Below are positions 19,227-28,899 of a stretch of DNA of 64,000 nucleotides, piece after piece. The translations under genes and the position numbers were made by a program. The notes beneath the pieces are model-generated. The model saw nothing but the letters and a program-made list of their open reading frames with translations, was not told the DNA's origin and did no database searches. The stretch comes from Phycisphaerales bacterium. Its GTDB lineage: Bacteria > Planctomycetota > Phycisphaerae > Phycisphaerales > UBA1924. Each line of letters begins with the position of its first letter. The stretch's first letter is position 1. The stretch spans positions 1,952,001 to 2,016,000 of the forward strand of contig OZ245777.1 in assembly GCA_965227775.1 (NCBI GenBank), written 5' to 3'.

Positions 19227-20357
19227 ATGCCCGAGTTCAGCAAAGGCCTGGAAGGCGTCGTCGCCGCCGAGACCGAGATGTCCTTCATCGACGGGCAGCA
19301 GGGGGTATTGGAGTACGTCGGCATCGCCATCGGCGAACTAGCCCACTCATCGACGTTCGAAGAGACGGTCTACCTCCTCTGGAACAAGAAGCTGCCGACC
19401 CAGGCCGAACTCGATGCGTTCACCAAGGACCTGCGGGCCAACTACGACCCGCCAGCCGGCGTGCTGGAGATGGTCAAGGGCATGCCCAAGGACGCCCAGC
19501 CGATGCACGTGCTGCGGACGCTGGTGAGCGCCCTTTCGCTGTTCGACCCCACGCCGAACGCCAACGACGTGCCCGCTGCCCGTGAGAAGGCCTTGAAGAT
19601 CCTCGCCGCCACGCCGGCCATCGTTGCCGCGTTCGACCGCCATCGCCGCGGTGAACAGTTCGTGCCCGCTGACAAGTCCCTGGGATTCAGCGAGAACTTC
19701 ATGTACATGCTCAACGGCGAGAAGCCCACCGCCGCGATGGCTCGCGCGTTCGACATCTGCATGATCACGCACGCAGACCACGGCCTCAACAACTCGACCT
19801 TCACCGCGCGCGTCGTGATCTCGACGCTGAGCGATCTCTATAGCGCGATGACGGCTGCCATCGGTAGCCTCCGCGGTCCGCTGCACGGCGGCGCCAACGA
19901 GGGCGTCATGGTCATGCTCAACGAGCTCAAGAGCGTTGACGAGGCCGAGGCCTACGTCATGAACAAACTCAAGAACAAGGACCGGATCATGGGCTTCGGC
20001 CACCGCGTCTACAAAGCCAAGGACCCGCGCGCCAGCGAACTCCAGACCTTGGCCAAGCAGCTCGCCGAGGACACCGGCAACATGGATCTTTATGAGAAGA
20101 GCCATGCGATCGAAGTGGTCATGGAGCGCGAGGTGGCGAAGAAGGGCATCTATCCCAATGTCGACTTCTACAGCGCCACAACGTACCACTGCATCGGCCT
20201 GAAGCTCGATCTGTTCACTCCGATGTTCGCCCTCAGCCGCCTGGCCGGCTGGAGCGGCCACGTCATCGAGCAGCTCGAAGACAACCGCCTGTTCCGTCCC
20301 ACGACGAACTACGTCGGGCCGCACAAGGTTGCGTATTCGGCGATCGAGAAGCGATAA
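19227..20357 (+). CDS. Citrate / 2-methylcitrate synthase (short type)
   Basis: KGLEGVV, DHGLNNSTF, GPLHGGAN, MGFGHRVY, PNVDFYS; AGGAGG RBS. Confidence 0.95.
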   Translation: MPEFSKGLEGVVAAETEMSFIDGQQGVLEYVGIAIGELAHSSTFEETVYLLWNKKLPTQAELDAFTKDLRANYDPPAGVLEMVKGMPKDAQPMHVLRTLVSALSLFDPTPNANDVPAAREKALKILAATPAIVAAFDRHRRGEQFVPADKSLGFSENFMYMLNGEKPTAAMARAFDICMITHADHGLNNSTFTARVVISTLSDLYSAMTAAIGSLRGPLHGGANEGVMVMLNELKSVDEAEAYVMNKLKNKDRIMGFGHRVYKAKDPRASELQTLAKQLAEDTGNMDLYEKSHAIEVVMEREVAKKGIYPNVDFYSATTYHCIGLKLDLFTPMFALSRLAGWSGHVIEQLEDNRLFRPTTNYVGPHKVAYSAIEKR

Positions 20358-20382
20358 GGCAACGATCATGCCCTGTGAGCAA

Positions 20383-20407
20383 GGCTCCGCGAAAGCGGGG
20401 CTTTTTT
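20383..20407 (+). terminator. Intrinsic terminator
   Basis: GGCTCCGC-GAAA-GCGGGGCT followed by a T run. Confidence 0.8.
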
Positions 20408-20432
20408 GATGGCCCCGACCATATCATGGACC

Positions 20433-21974
20433 ATGCTGAAGTCACTGCTCGCCGTGTTGTTCCTGGCCGTGCTTACCTCTCCCTCGATCGCGCAGGTGCC
20501 GGCCGAATCCGAGTCGCCCACTGCCAAGGCCACCTTCCAGCGATACCCAGACGCGCCCAGCGTCACGCGGCACAGCGTCGAGATCAGCGGCCAAACCACC
20601 CACTACGAGGCGACTGCCGACACCATCACGCTCGTCGACGACAACGGCGATCCGACGGCGAGCCTGTTCTATATGGCCTACCGCAAAATCGAAGGCGGCG
20701 CCGACAGCGCTCAGTTCCCGGATCCTGCCGACCGGCCGATCACATTCAGCTTCAATGGTGGCCCTGGCTCCAGCAGCGTGTGGCTTCATCTGGGCATCTT
20801 CGGCCCGCGTCGTGTGCAATACGCCGATGAAGTCGGCAACCCCGGTGCGCCGCCATACGCCGTGATTCCCAATGCGCACAGCCTGCTCGACAAGAGCGAC
20901 TTCGTGTTTATTGATCCGGTCTCGACTGGCTACTCGCGGGCCGAGGGTGAGACCAGCGAGAAGCGATTCCACGGGCTCGAGAGCGACCTGGATTCGGTCG
21001 CCGACTTCATCCGCACGTACCTCACACGAGAGCAGCGGTGGGGCAGCCCGAAGATCATCGCCGGCGAGAGCTACGGCACCACACGCGCCGCCGGCCTGAT
21101 GCAGCGACTGCACAGCCGCCACGGCATCGCGACGACCGGCGTGCTGCTCATCAGCCCCGTGCTCGAGTTCCAGACGATCCGCTTCGGTGACGGCAACGAC
21201 TTGCCGTTCCCGATGTTCCTGCCGAGCTATTCCGCGACGGCCCACTACCACGAGGCGTTGCCGCAGAAGTGGCAGGAGCGCCCGGTCGAGGACGTCATCG
21301 CCGAGGCCCGCCGTTTTGCGCTCGACGACTATCTGCCGGCATTGCTCCGCGGTGCGAGCCTGAGCGAGGCCGAGCGCAACCGCGTGCGTACGACGCTCAG
21401 CGAGCTCACGGGCCTCAGCCCGCAGTACCTCGAGGATGCCGACCTGCGCATCAGCCAGGGGCGGTTCAGCAAGGAGTTGCTCCGCCACCGCGGAAAGACC
21501 GTGGGCCGTCTCGACGCCCGATTCCTCGGCATCGACGGCGATCATGTTGGCGAGCGATACGAGTACGACGCTAGCTACGAAGCGATCCGCAGCAACTACA
21601 CCGAAGCCCTCAACGCCTACGTCCGCGGCGAGCTTGGTTACGAGAGCGACCTGCCCTACGAGATCCTCACCAGCGTGTGGCCGTGGGACTACGGCAGCGC
21701 CGGTCGCGATCGGTATGTGAGCGTGGCCGACCGCCTGCGTGACGCCATGCACCGCCAGCCGCACGCGCGCGTCTTCGTCGCGATGGGCCACCACGATCTG
21801 GCCACGCCGTTCTTCGCCGCCGAGACGACGCTGAACCGCATGCAGCTCGACCCCGAGTATCGCGATCGCGTCGACCTGGCTTACTACCCCGCCGGCCACA
21901 TGATGTACGTCCACCAGCCCTCGCTCGAGAAGATGAAGGCCGACCTGGACGCGTTCTACGACAGTCTGCCGTAA
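20433..21974 (+). CDS. Exported S10 serine carboxypeptidase
   Basis: Signal peptide; FNGGPGSSS, IDPVSTGYS, GESYG, AGHMMY. Confidence 0.92.
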   Translation: MLKSLLAVLFLAVLTSPSIAQVPAESESPTAKATFQRYPDAPSVTRHSVEISGQTTHYEATADTITLVDDNGDPTASLFYMAYRKIEGGADSAQFPDPADRPITFSFNGGPGSSSVWLHLGIFGPRRVQYADEVGNPGAPPYAVIPNAHSLLDKSDFVFIDPVSTGYSRAEGETSEKRFHGLESDLDSVADFIRTYLTREQRWGSPKIIAGESYGTTRAAGLMQRLHSRHGIATTGVLLISPVLEFQTIRFGDGNDLPFPMFLPSYSATAHYHEALPQKWQERPVEDVIAEARRFALDDYLPALLRGASLSEAERNRVRTTLSELTGLSPQYLEDADLRISQGRFSKELLRHRGKTVGRLDARFLGIDGDHVGERYEYDASYEAIRSNYTEALNAYVRGELGYESDLPYEILTSVWPWDYGSAGRDRYVSVADRLRDAMHRQPHARVFVAMGHHDLATPFFAAETTLNRMQLDPEYRDRVDLAYYPAGHMMYVHQPSLEKMKADLDAFYDSLP

Positions 21975-21980
21975 CTTGGA

Positions 21981-23387
21981 TCAGACCGTTCGGGCCGGTG
22001 TGACGATTCCCCGGCACTCGCCGAAGCCGATGCGCCGGAAGCCGTCGCGCTCGCAGTAGCCCTTGATGATCACCTCGTCGCCGTCGGCCAGGAACTTGCG
22101 TTCTTCGCCGGTGGGCAGGGTGATGGGCGTGCGGTCGGTGCCCGGGACGAGCTTCGGCGGGCTGGCGAACGCGTCGCCGTTCCAGGTCAGCTCGAGCAGG
22201 CAGCCACGGCTGTCCTTGGTCTTGCCCGAAACCGTGCCGCTGGCCAGCAGGTCGCCCGGCTGCATGTTGCAGCCGTTGGAGCTGTGGTGGGTCAGCATCT
22301 GGGCGAGCGTCCAGTACATGTCTTTGAAGTTGCCGCTGCTGATCTTGAGCGGGTCCATACCCTTGCTGCGCATCTGTTCGCTGGCGAGGAAGACCTCGAG
22401 TGTGATGTCGAAGCCGCCCGCGGCGGTGTTGGCATCGCTGGCAAGGTAAGGCAGTGGGGATGGATCGCCGGCGTCGCGCGCGAACGCGGCCGTGCGGAAG
22501 GGAGCGAGCGCCTCCATCGTCACGATGTAGGGGCTCACCGTCGTCGCGAAGCTCTTGGCCAGGAAGGGGCCAAGCGGCTGGTACTCCCACTTCTGAAGAT
22601 CGCGGGCCGACCAGTCATTGACCAGGCACAGGCCCAGCATGTGCTTCTCGGCGTCGGCAATGTCGATGACGTCACCAAGCTCGTTGCCGCGCCCGACGAC
22701 CACGCCCATTTCCAGCTCGTAGTCGAGCAGCTTGCACGGCCCGAAGCCCGGCGCGCTGCCATCCTCGGCCGGGGCTTGCTGACCGACCGGCCGGCGCACG
22801 TCGGTGCCGTTGGCGACGATGCTCGACGCCCGGCCGTGGTAGCCGATGGGGATGTGCTTGTAGTTGGGCAGCAGCGGGTTGTCAGGCCGAAACATGCTGC
22901 CGACGCTGGTGGCGTGGTAGAGGGAGGCGTAGAAATCGGTGTAGTCGCCCAAGTCCATGAGCGGCACGCCCAACGACACTTCGTCGACAGGCAGAACGAT
23001 CTGTTCGCGATCGGGATGATCGCGCAGCGTCGGGTTGTCCTTCTTGAGCAAGTCCTGCACAATCCTGCGGACGCGGCCAGATAGCCCCTGTTCGGCAAGG
23101 TCTTCAACGAAGAGCCACTGCCACTCATCGTCGGTGTCGTCGACAATCTCAAGGTGCGCGAGCATGTCGAGCACGAGCACCATGTCACCGATCCGCACCG
23201 CCGGATGCACGCTCATCGCGTCGGGCTCGTCTTCCACAGGCGCAGCGATCATGCACAGCGGCAGATTCTGAATCGGAAAGTCCGTCGCCGGGTCGTTGGC
23301 GCTCTCGACCCAGCTCTCCAGCTTCGGGTCGTGGGTCTCGTCGATGGGCCAAGCTGGATGGTGGGGGGAGTGCTGGGGCGGCGTCAT
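21981..23387 (-). CDS. fahA: Fumarylacetoacetase
   Basis: DFPIQNLP, DYTDFYAS, PIGYHGRASS, LDYELE, NDWSARD, PLGPFLAK. Confidence 0.95.
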   Translation of the reverse strand: MTPPQHSPHHPAWPIDETHDPKLESWVESANDPATDFPIQNLPLCMIAAPVEDEPDAMSVHPAVRIGDMVLVLDMLAHLEIVDDTDDEWQWLFVEDLAEQGLSGRVRRIVQDLLKKDNPTLRDHPDREQIVLPVDEVSLGVPLMDLGDYTDFYASLYHATSVGSMFRPDNPLLPNYKHIPIGYHGRASSIVANGTDVRRPVGQQAPAEDGSAPGFGPCKLLDYELEMGVVVGRGNELGDVIDIADAEKHMLGLCLVNDWSARDLQKWEYQPLGPFLAKSFATTVSPYIVTMEALAPFRTAAFARDAGDPSPLPYLASDANTAAGGFDITLEVFLASEQMRSKGMDPLKISSGNFKDMYWTLAQMLTHHSSNGCNMQPGDLLASGTVSGKTKDSRGCLLELTWNGDAFASPPKLVPGTDRTPITLPTGEERKFLADGDEVIIKGYCERDGFRRIGFGECRGIVTPARTV

Positions 23388-23489
23388 GCGTGGTCCTTCG
23401 AGATCCATGGAAGCGAGATGGGACAAACAAGGCACGCCACGCTCGGTGCGCGACGTGCCATGGTAGAGCCCGCCTGGGTCCGCGTCGGC

Positions 23490-23657
23490 CTACTCGCAGC
23501 CCGAGTCGAACTCGGTCTGGAACGCCAGGAAGTCGAACAGCGTGAGATCGCCGTCCCCATCGAAGTCGGCGATGGGGTCGCCCGCGTCGAAGGCCGTCTG
23601 GAATGCGAGGAAGTCGAAGATGGTCAGCGAGCTGTCGCCGTCCAGGTCGGGCCTGCA
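23490..23657 (-). repeat. GC-type dockerin domain, copy 1
   Basis: CRPDLDGDSSLTIFDFLAFQTAFDAG..DFDGDGDLTLFDFLAFQTEFDSGCE. Confidence 0.85.
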
Positions 23658-24917
23658 GGCGACCTCGCCCGCCTCGAAGAGGAACGCCGAGCCCGCGCCG
23701 GACACGCCATCGGCGCTGCGGAAGCGCGCGCCCGCGAGCACGCGGCCTTCGCTCGCCGCCAGGCCCTGGCCCAGGCGGTCGCCGGACTCGGGCGCCCGCA
23801 ATTCCAGCCGCTGGGCGAGCGGCCACAATGGCTCGCCGCCGGGGCCGAGCTCGCGCTCGAAGGCGTAGACGGCACCACGATTCGTGATGGAGTCGAAGGT
23901 CGCGGTCTGGTCGCCGACAATCAGCCGCACGCCCTCGCCCGCGCTAGCGGCCGAAGGGTCCAGGTGCACCTGCGAGCCGAATTGCGGAGAGCCTCCACTG
24001 CTTGGCCGCACCTCGGCCTCCTGTACCCAGCCGTCGCCCTCGGGCCGGTAGACGAACGCGCGGGCCTTGGCCGTGCCGACCGCGATCCACCCGTCCTTCA
24101 CGTCGACCGACACGCCGTAGTAGAGGTCGCGGCCGGGGATGTCGACCGAGAGCTCGGCGGCCTCGACCCATCGCGAGCCCTCGCGACGGAAGACCCACGC
24201 GCGGCCCTCGAAGAGCCGATCGCTGCGCCGCGTCGCGAAGGGCGCGCCAACGACGGCCAGATCGCCGTCGATGGCAACGGCGCGGCCGAGCTGATCGCCC
24301 ATCTGCAGGCCGGTGGGACGGAGCTTCTGCACCTCGAAGAATGTCGTCCCGCTGCGCTCGAAGACGTAGGCGCCGCCGCTGCTCGTCCCCGCGTCGTCGT
24401 CGAACTTCGCGCCCGCGACGAAGTACGCGCCGTCGTCGGTCAGGTCGACATCGGTGCCGAAGTTGTCGAGCTGTTGGAAGTCGCTCGCGTTCACTCGTCC
24501 GCGGCTTTGCCACCCACCGTCGCGACGCTGGTACAGGTACACCACCCCCTGGTTGAAGTCGGTGATGTCCGTCGCCGGTGCGCCGACGATGAGCCACTCA
24601 CCGCCGATGGAGAGTGACTCGCCGAACGCGCCCGGTTCGGGAACGGTGAGTATGTCGAGCGGCACGAACTCGCCGGTGGCATCGAGCTCGTAGGTGTACA
24701 CAGTCTCGGTCAGGAACGTCGCAACCCCCGCATCGACGCCGAAGAGCGCGACCGCCGAGCCGAAGGCGTCGTTGGCGGTCAATGCTGGCGCCGTGAGTTC
24801 CTGCGTTTGGCTGTATTCTACTTGTGCGCAGGCGTGGCCCGCAACGCAGCCGACACCGGCCACAAAGGCTGCCTTGGTGCATCGAGTCGAGATAAGCCCG
24901 CTCTTCTGCTTGCGCAT
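23490..24917 (-). CDS. Exported FG-GAP repeat protein with C-terminal GC-type dockerin
   Basis: Repeated FG..V....VGA...G.AY motifs and a dockerin tail. True start MRKQKS with AGAGGGAGG RBS. Confidence 0.85.
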   Translation of the reverse strand: MRKQKSGLISTRCTKAAFVAGVGCVAGHACAQVEYSQTQELTAPALTANDAFGSAVALFGVDAGVATFLTETVYTYELDATGEFVPLDILTVPEPGAFGESLSIGGEWLIVGAPATDITDFNQGVVYLYQRRDGGWQSRGRVNASDFQQLDNFGTDVDLTDDGAYFVAGAKFDDDAGTSSGGAYVFERSGTTFFEVQKLRPTGLQMGDQLGRAVAIDGDLAVVGAPFATRRSDRLFEGRAWVFRREGSRWVEAAELSVDIPGRDLYYGVSVDVKDGWIAVGTAKARAFVYRPEGDGWVQEAEVRPSSGGSPQFGSQVHLDPSAASAGEGVRLIVGDQTATFDSITNRGAVYAFERELGPGGEPLWPLAQRLELRAPESGDRLGQGLAASEGRVLAGARFRSADGVSGAGSAFLFEAGEVACRPDLDGDSSLTIFDFLAFQTAFDAGDPIADFDGDGDLTLFDFLAFQTEFDSGCE

Positions 24918-25076
24918 GTCGATCCTCCCTCTCTTCGTCGCCTTCTTCGCTACGCCATGCTTGGGCCAGGGATCCGTTTCCGCAGTGCGAGATAGGGGCA
25001 GCCCGGGCCCGCATCGGCTCTTAGAAGGCCCCTGGGCCCCACACGGCCCGCCGGCCTCGCTATATTGCCAGTTCCC

Positions 25077-26984
25077 ATGGCCGACTCCGCCGCCAGCCCG
25101 GGCTTCCTGCCGACGCTCGCCAAGCGCCTGCGCCTGAAGCGCGAGTGGTACGTCGTTGCGATGGGAGCGGTCGTCGGCACGCTGACGGGCCTGGGCACGC
25201 TGGGCTTCGCCGAGGCCCTGCACTACGCCGAGAAGCAGGTGCGGCACGCTCAGATCGAGCTGCCCGTGTGGCTGCTGTTCCTGGGACCGGTCGTGGGCAT
25301 GGCGCTCACGGGCGTGCTCGTGCGCCTCTTCGCGAGCGACGCGAAGGGCCACGGTGTGCCCCAGGTCATGCGGGCGCTGATCGAGAAGGGCGGGCACATT
25401 CCGGCGCGGGTCGGCCTGACGAAGGTCGCCGCCAGCATCGCGACCGTCGCCAGCGGTGGGTCGGCCGGTACCGAGGGCCCCATCGTGCAGATCGGCGCGA
25501 CGGCGGGCTCGGTTGTTGGTCAGCGGTTGGGCGTCGGCCGCGAGCAGATGATGACCCTCGTTGGCTGCGGCGCGGCGGCGGGCATCAGCGCCATTTTCAA
25601 CGCGCCGATCGCCGGCGTGTTCTTTGCGCTCGAGATCCTGCTGCGTGACTTCTCGCTGAAGACCTTCACGCCCATCGTCGTGTCGGCCGTCTTCGCCGCG
25701 GCCGTGACGCACATGGCGCAGGGCCAGAACGAGGCGATCTTCACGGTTACGACGTTCGAGAACCTGACGTTCACGGCCCTGGAGTTTCCCAACTACATCG
25801 TGCTGGGCCTGCTCTGCGGCCTGCTCGCGGTCGGCTTTAACCGTGGCCTGCACGCCTGCGAAGACCTGTACGCCCGTCTGAAGCTGCACTGGTTCGTCGC
25901 GCCGATCACGGGCGCGCTCATCCTGGGTGTGCTGGGCATCGCCTGGATCTACATGGTCCGCGCTGCCGGGGGCGACCCCGCCAGCGAGGCAACCGATATC
26001 CCCAGCTTCTTTGGCAACGGCTACGAGACTATCCGCTGGCTGCTCGAACCCACCAGCTACGGCGCGGCGGCCGAGGTCGTGGGTGCCTCGGCGCACGCTG
26101 GTGACGACGCGGCTGCACATGATGGCCACGCCAGCGCGGCGTTGCCCATGGCGATCTGGCTGATCGCGTTGCTGGTTGTCTTTAAGGCAGCCGCGACGTG
26201 CGTGACGCTGTCGAGCGGCGGCTCGGGCGGCGTATTCGCGCCGAGCCTGTTCATTGGCGCCGCCGGCGGTGCGGCCCTGGGTGTGGCGCTCGACCGCATC
26301 GGCCTCTTGCCCGCACAGAGCAGCCCGGCCGCATACGCCCTGGTCGGCATGGCCGCCGTCGTCGCTGGCAGCACGCACGGCCCGCTGACGGCGATCCTCA
26401 TGCTGTTCGAACTGACGCGCGACCCCTACGTGCTGCTGCCCATCATGCTGGCGGCGGTCGTCGCGACGCTGCTGAGCCAGGCGATCGACCGCGACAATAT
26501 CTACACGCACCCGCTCCGCCGCGCGGGCCTGCGCATCGGCCGCACGGGTGACCTGGCGATCCTCCGCAAGATCTCGGCGACGAGCGTTCCCGTCGTTCCA
26601 TTGCCGGGCGAGCCGGTCTACGCCAGCGACCCGCTCAGCAAGCTCATCACGCTGCACGCCAACAGCCGCGTGCCCGACTTCGTCGTCGTCGACAGCCAGG
26701 GCGACCACATCGGCATGGTGACCGGCCGAGACATGCGCACCGCGCTGATCGATCGCGAGGCCATTCCGCTCTTGCTGGTTGCCGAGCTCATGCGCAGCGA
26801 CCTGCCGGTGGTTTTGACCACCGACACGCTCGACCTCGTGCTCGAACGCTTCGAGGACGATGACATCGCTAGTCTTCCGCTGCTGGGGCCGCCCGACCTC
26901 ACGGGTCATCGACGACCGCTTGGCCTCGTCACTCGCGCAGCCGTGCTCGAGCGGTACCGCCGAGCGCTCGAAGAAGAACTCTAA
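25077..26984 (+). CDS. ClC family chloride channel/transporter with CBS domains
   Basis: GHGVP, GSAGTEGP, FNAPIAG, GGVFAP, C-terminal CBS pair. Confidence 0.93.
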   Translation: MADSAASPGFLPTLAKRLRLKREWYVVAMGAVVGTLTGLGTLGFAEALHYAEKQVRHAQIELPVWLLFLGPVVGMALTGVLVRLFASDAKGHGVPQVMRALIEKGGHIPARVGLTKVAASIATVASGGSAGTEGPIVQIGATAGSVVGQRLGVGREQMMTLVGCGAAAGISAIFNAPIAGVFFALEILLRDFSLKTFTPIVVSAVFAAAVTHMAQGQNEAIFTVTTFENLTFTALEFPNYIVLGLLCGLLAVGFNRGLHACEDLYARLKLHWFVAPITGALILGVLGIAWIYMVRAAGGDPASEATDIPSFFGNGYETIRWLLEPTSYGAAAEVVGASAHAGDDAAAHDGHASAALPMAIWLIALLVVFKAAATCVTLSSGGSGGVFAPSLFIGAAGGAALGVALDRIGLLPAQSSPAAYALVGMAAVVAGSTHGPLTAILMLFELTRDPYVLLPIMLAAVVATLLSQAIDRDNIYTHPLRRAGLRIGRTGDLAILRKISATSVPVVPLPGEPVYASDPLSKLITLHANSRVPDFVVVDSQGDHIGMVTGRDMRTALIDREAIPLLLVAELMRSDLPVVLTTDTLDLVLERFEDDDIASLPLLGPPDLTGHRRPLGLVTRAAVLERYRRALEEEL

Positions 26985-27061
26985 GTACGACGAGCCCGCG
27001 TCCGTTGCGAACGCGGGCTCGTACTCGACTTCTCTCTATCTCCGTCTGCTTTGGGCTCTAC

Positions 27062-27517
27062 TCAGAAGTCCATGCCGTAGTAGAAGCGGCTCTCCACGAT
27101 CTTGCCGTCCTTGACTTTGTACACGCAGGCTTCCTGCATGTCCATGCGCTGGTTGGCCATCGGGCCGACCTTGGGCGTGCAGTCCATACGCATGAAGCAG
27201 GCGAACTCGTCGCCGAGCGGGTAGGGCCCTTGCACGTCGCCGCCATGGATCTCGTGGTTCGCAAAGAACCAGTCGCTGCTCTCGAGCAACTGGGCCTTGC
27301 TGGTGGGGCCGGCGGCTTGGGCCTTCTTCGCGTCCTCCGGCATGTCGTCGTAGCCGGGCATTTGGGTGCAGTCCATCGCCTCGATCACGTTCACCGTGTC
27401 GGCGTAGAGCTCCTCGATGGCCTTGCGGTTCTCGCCCTGCTGGCACAGCTCGACGAGCCGCTTGCCGACCTTCATGCTCTCCCGGGTCTTGCTCGCGTCA
27501 ATGGTGGTCGCGCTCAT
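27062..27517 (-). CDS. SnoaL/NTF2-like protein
   Basis: AIEELYAD..IEA, HG..V.GP, EACVYKVKDGKIVESRFYY. Confidence 0.8.
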   Translation of the reverse strand: MSATTIDASKTRESMKVGKRLVELCQQGENRKAIEELYADTVNVIEAMDCTQMPGYDDMPEDAKKAQAAGPTSKAQLLESSDWFFANHEIHGGDVQGPYPLGDEFACFMRMDCTPKVGPMANQRMDMQEACVYKVKDGKIVESRFYYGMDF

Positions 27518-27649
27518 GGTCTTTCTCCGTCTTGGGCCGGCGTGCTGCCGGTGGTGGGGTGGGTGCGGGGGTTCTCCAGCCCCCGGTCAGGGATGCTACC
27601 CCTGCCCCGGCCTTTGGTCGAGTGTTTTGTTTGGTATTTACAAGGATAT

Positions 27650-27684
27650 AAAAGTGAAGCGGCTGCCCGCGTACGGACAGCCGC
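27650..27684 (-). terminator. Probable intrinsic terminator after the dockerin gene
   Basis: GCGGCTG..CAGCCGC stem followed by TTCACTTTT on the minus strand. Confidence 0.65.
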
Positions 27685-27709
27685 ATGCAAATCTCTTATT
27701 GACAGTGAC

Positions 27710-27877
27710 TTACTCGCAGCCGGCGTCGAACGCGTTCTGGAAGCAGAGGAAATCAAAGAGGGTGAGCGTCCCGTCGCCGTCGCAGTCGGCCATGAGATCG
27801 CCCGAGTCGAAGGCGTTCTGGAACGCGAGGAAGTCGAAGATGGTGAGCTGGCCGTCGCCGTCGAAGTCGGGGTAGCA
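27710..27877 (-). repeat. GC-type dockerin domain, copy 2
   Basis: CYPDFDGDGQLTIFDFLAFQNAFDSG..DCDGDGTLTLFDFLCFQNAFDAGCE. Confidence 0.85.
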
Positions 27878-28729
27878 CGGCTCAACCTCACCGAGCAGCG
27901 TAATGAACTGGCCGCTGCCGTCGAGGACGTTAAACGTCGCACCGCTGACGGGGTCGCTGATGTTCACGCCCGCACCATTGGTCCACATGATGTTGCCGTC
28001 GCCCAACTCCCAGCCGGCGCGAGCACCCGAATCGGCGGTGCCCGCGATGACATCGAGCAGACCACCATCGACACTGATCTCCCAGATGCCCGAGGGCGAG
28101 CTGAACGCGCCGACGAGCACCGAGCCGGAGCTGGTCTCGCTCGTCTGCTGGAGGAAGTTCAGCTGACCGTCGGCGAAGAACGGGCCGACAAAGTTGCCAT
28201 CCTCGTCGTAGCGATCAAGCTGGTCGCCGATGGTAACCAGGATGTCACCGGCGTAGGGAAGGCCAAACCAGGGCGAGCCACCGAGCGGGATGTTGCCGAC
28301 GATGGCGGCCGTGTCCGGGTCGATGCGCACGATCGCGTTGCCCGGCGCGTCGTTCTGCGTGCCCGCGTTGAAGACCCACACCTCGTCACCAACGACGCTT
28401 ACGCCGCGAACGTTGTCCAACCCGCCGCCGGGGAACTGCCCGCCGATCGAATCGATGAAGTCACCATCGAGCGTGAAGCGATCGACGCGGTCGCGGATCT
28501 GATCGCTCACCCAGATCTCATCGCCCACCTGCGCGATGCCCTTGGGCGTGCCTGCGTCCAGGGGCACCAGATCGATGAACACCGGGTCGACCAGGCTGCC
28601 GTCGGAAGGATCGAAGGCCGCGATGGTGTCGTTGGAGGAGTCGGGTACCAGAATGAGCGCGTCCTGGGCGATCGCCGATGCCGCAATGCCCGAGATCGCC
28701 AGTCCAGCGCAAAGAGTCCGAATAACCAT
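27710..28729 (-). CDS. Exported beta-propeller-like protein with C-terminal GC-type dockerin
   Basis: Signal peptide MVIRTL..AIAQ; acidic, beta-rich NHL-like repeats; dockerin tail. Confidence 0.85.
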   Translation of the reverse strand: MVIRTLCAGLAISGIAASAIAQDALILVPDSSNDTIAAFDPSDGSLVDPVFIDLVPLDAGTPKGIAQVGDEIWVSDQIRDRVDRFTLDGDFIDSIGGQFPGGGLDNVRGVSVVGDEVWVFNAGTQNDAPGNAIVRIDPDTAAIVGNIPLGGSPWFGLPYAGDILVTIGDQLDRYDEDGNFVGPFFADGQLNFLQQTSETSSGSVLVGAFSSPSGIWEISVDGGLLDVIAGTADSGARAGWELGDGNIMWTNGAGVNISDPVSGATFNVLDGSGQFITLLGEVEPCYPDFDGDGQLTIFDFLAFQNAFDSGDLMADCDGDGTLTLFDFLCFQNAFDAGCE

Positions 28730-28837
28730 GTCTCTTTCTCCGTGAGGGGTTCGTCCCCCGTGCGTGTGCCGAGGGTCTCTCAGCGTACCCGAAGCAAGGC
28801 CCATGCACAAGAGCAAAGCTGGCCAATTGCTGATGCC

Positions 28838-28870
28838 AAACGAAAGGGCCCGGACATCCGCCCGGGCCCT
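28838..28870 (-). terminator. Probable terminator after the glutamine synthetase gene
   Basis: AGGGCCCGG..CCGGGCCCT stem followed by TTCGTTT on the minus strand. Confidence 0.65.
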
Positions 28871-28899
28871 GCAGACTTGCTTGAGTTCTCGCAGCGGTC

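Noticed and set aside
23490..26909. 1139-aa minus-strand ORF in the track
   Set aside because: Its first ~660 aa are the antisense shadow of the ClC gene; the real gene starts at 24917 with an RBS and signal peptide.
27550..27575. G-rich tract upstream of the SnoaL gene as a G-quadruplex
   Set aside because: Only three G3+ runs are within short loop distance.
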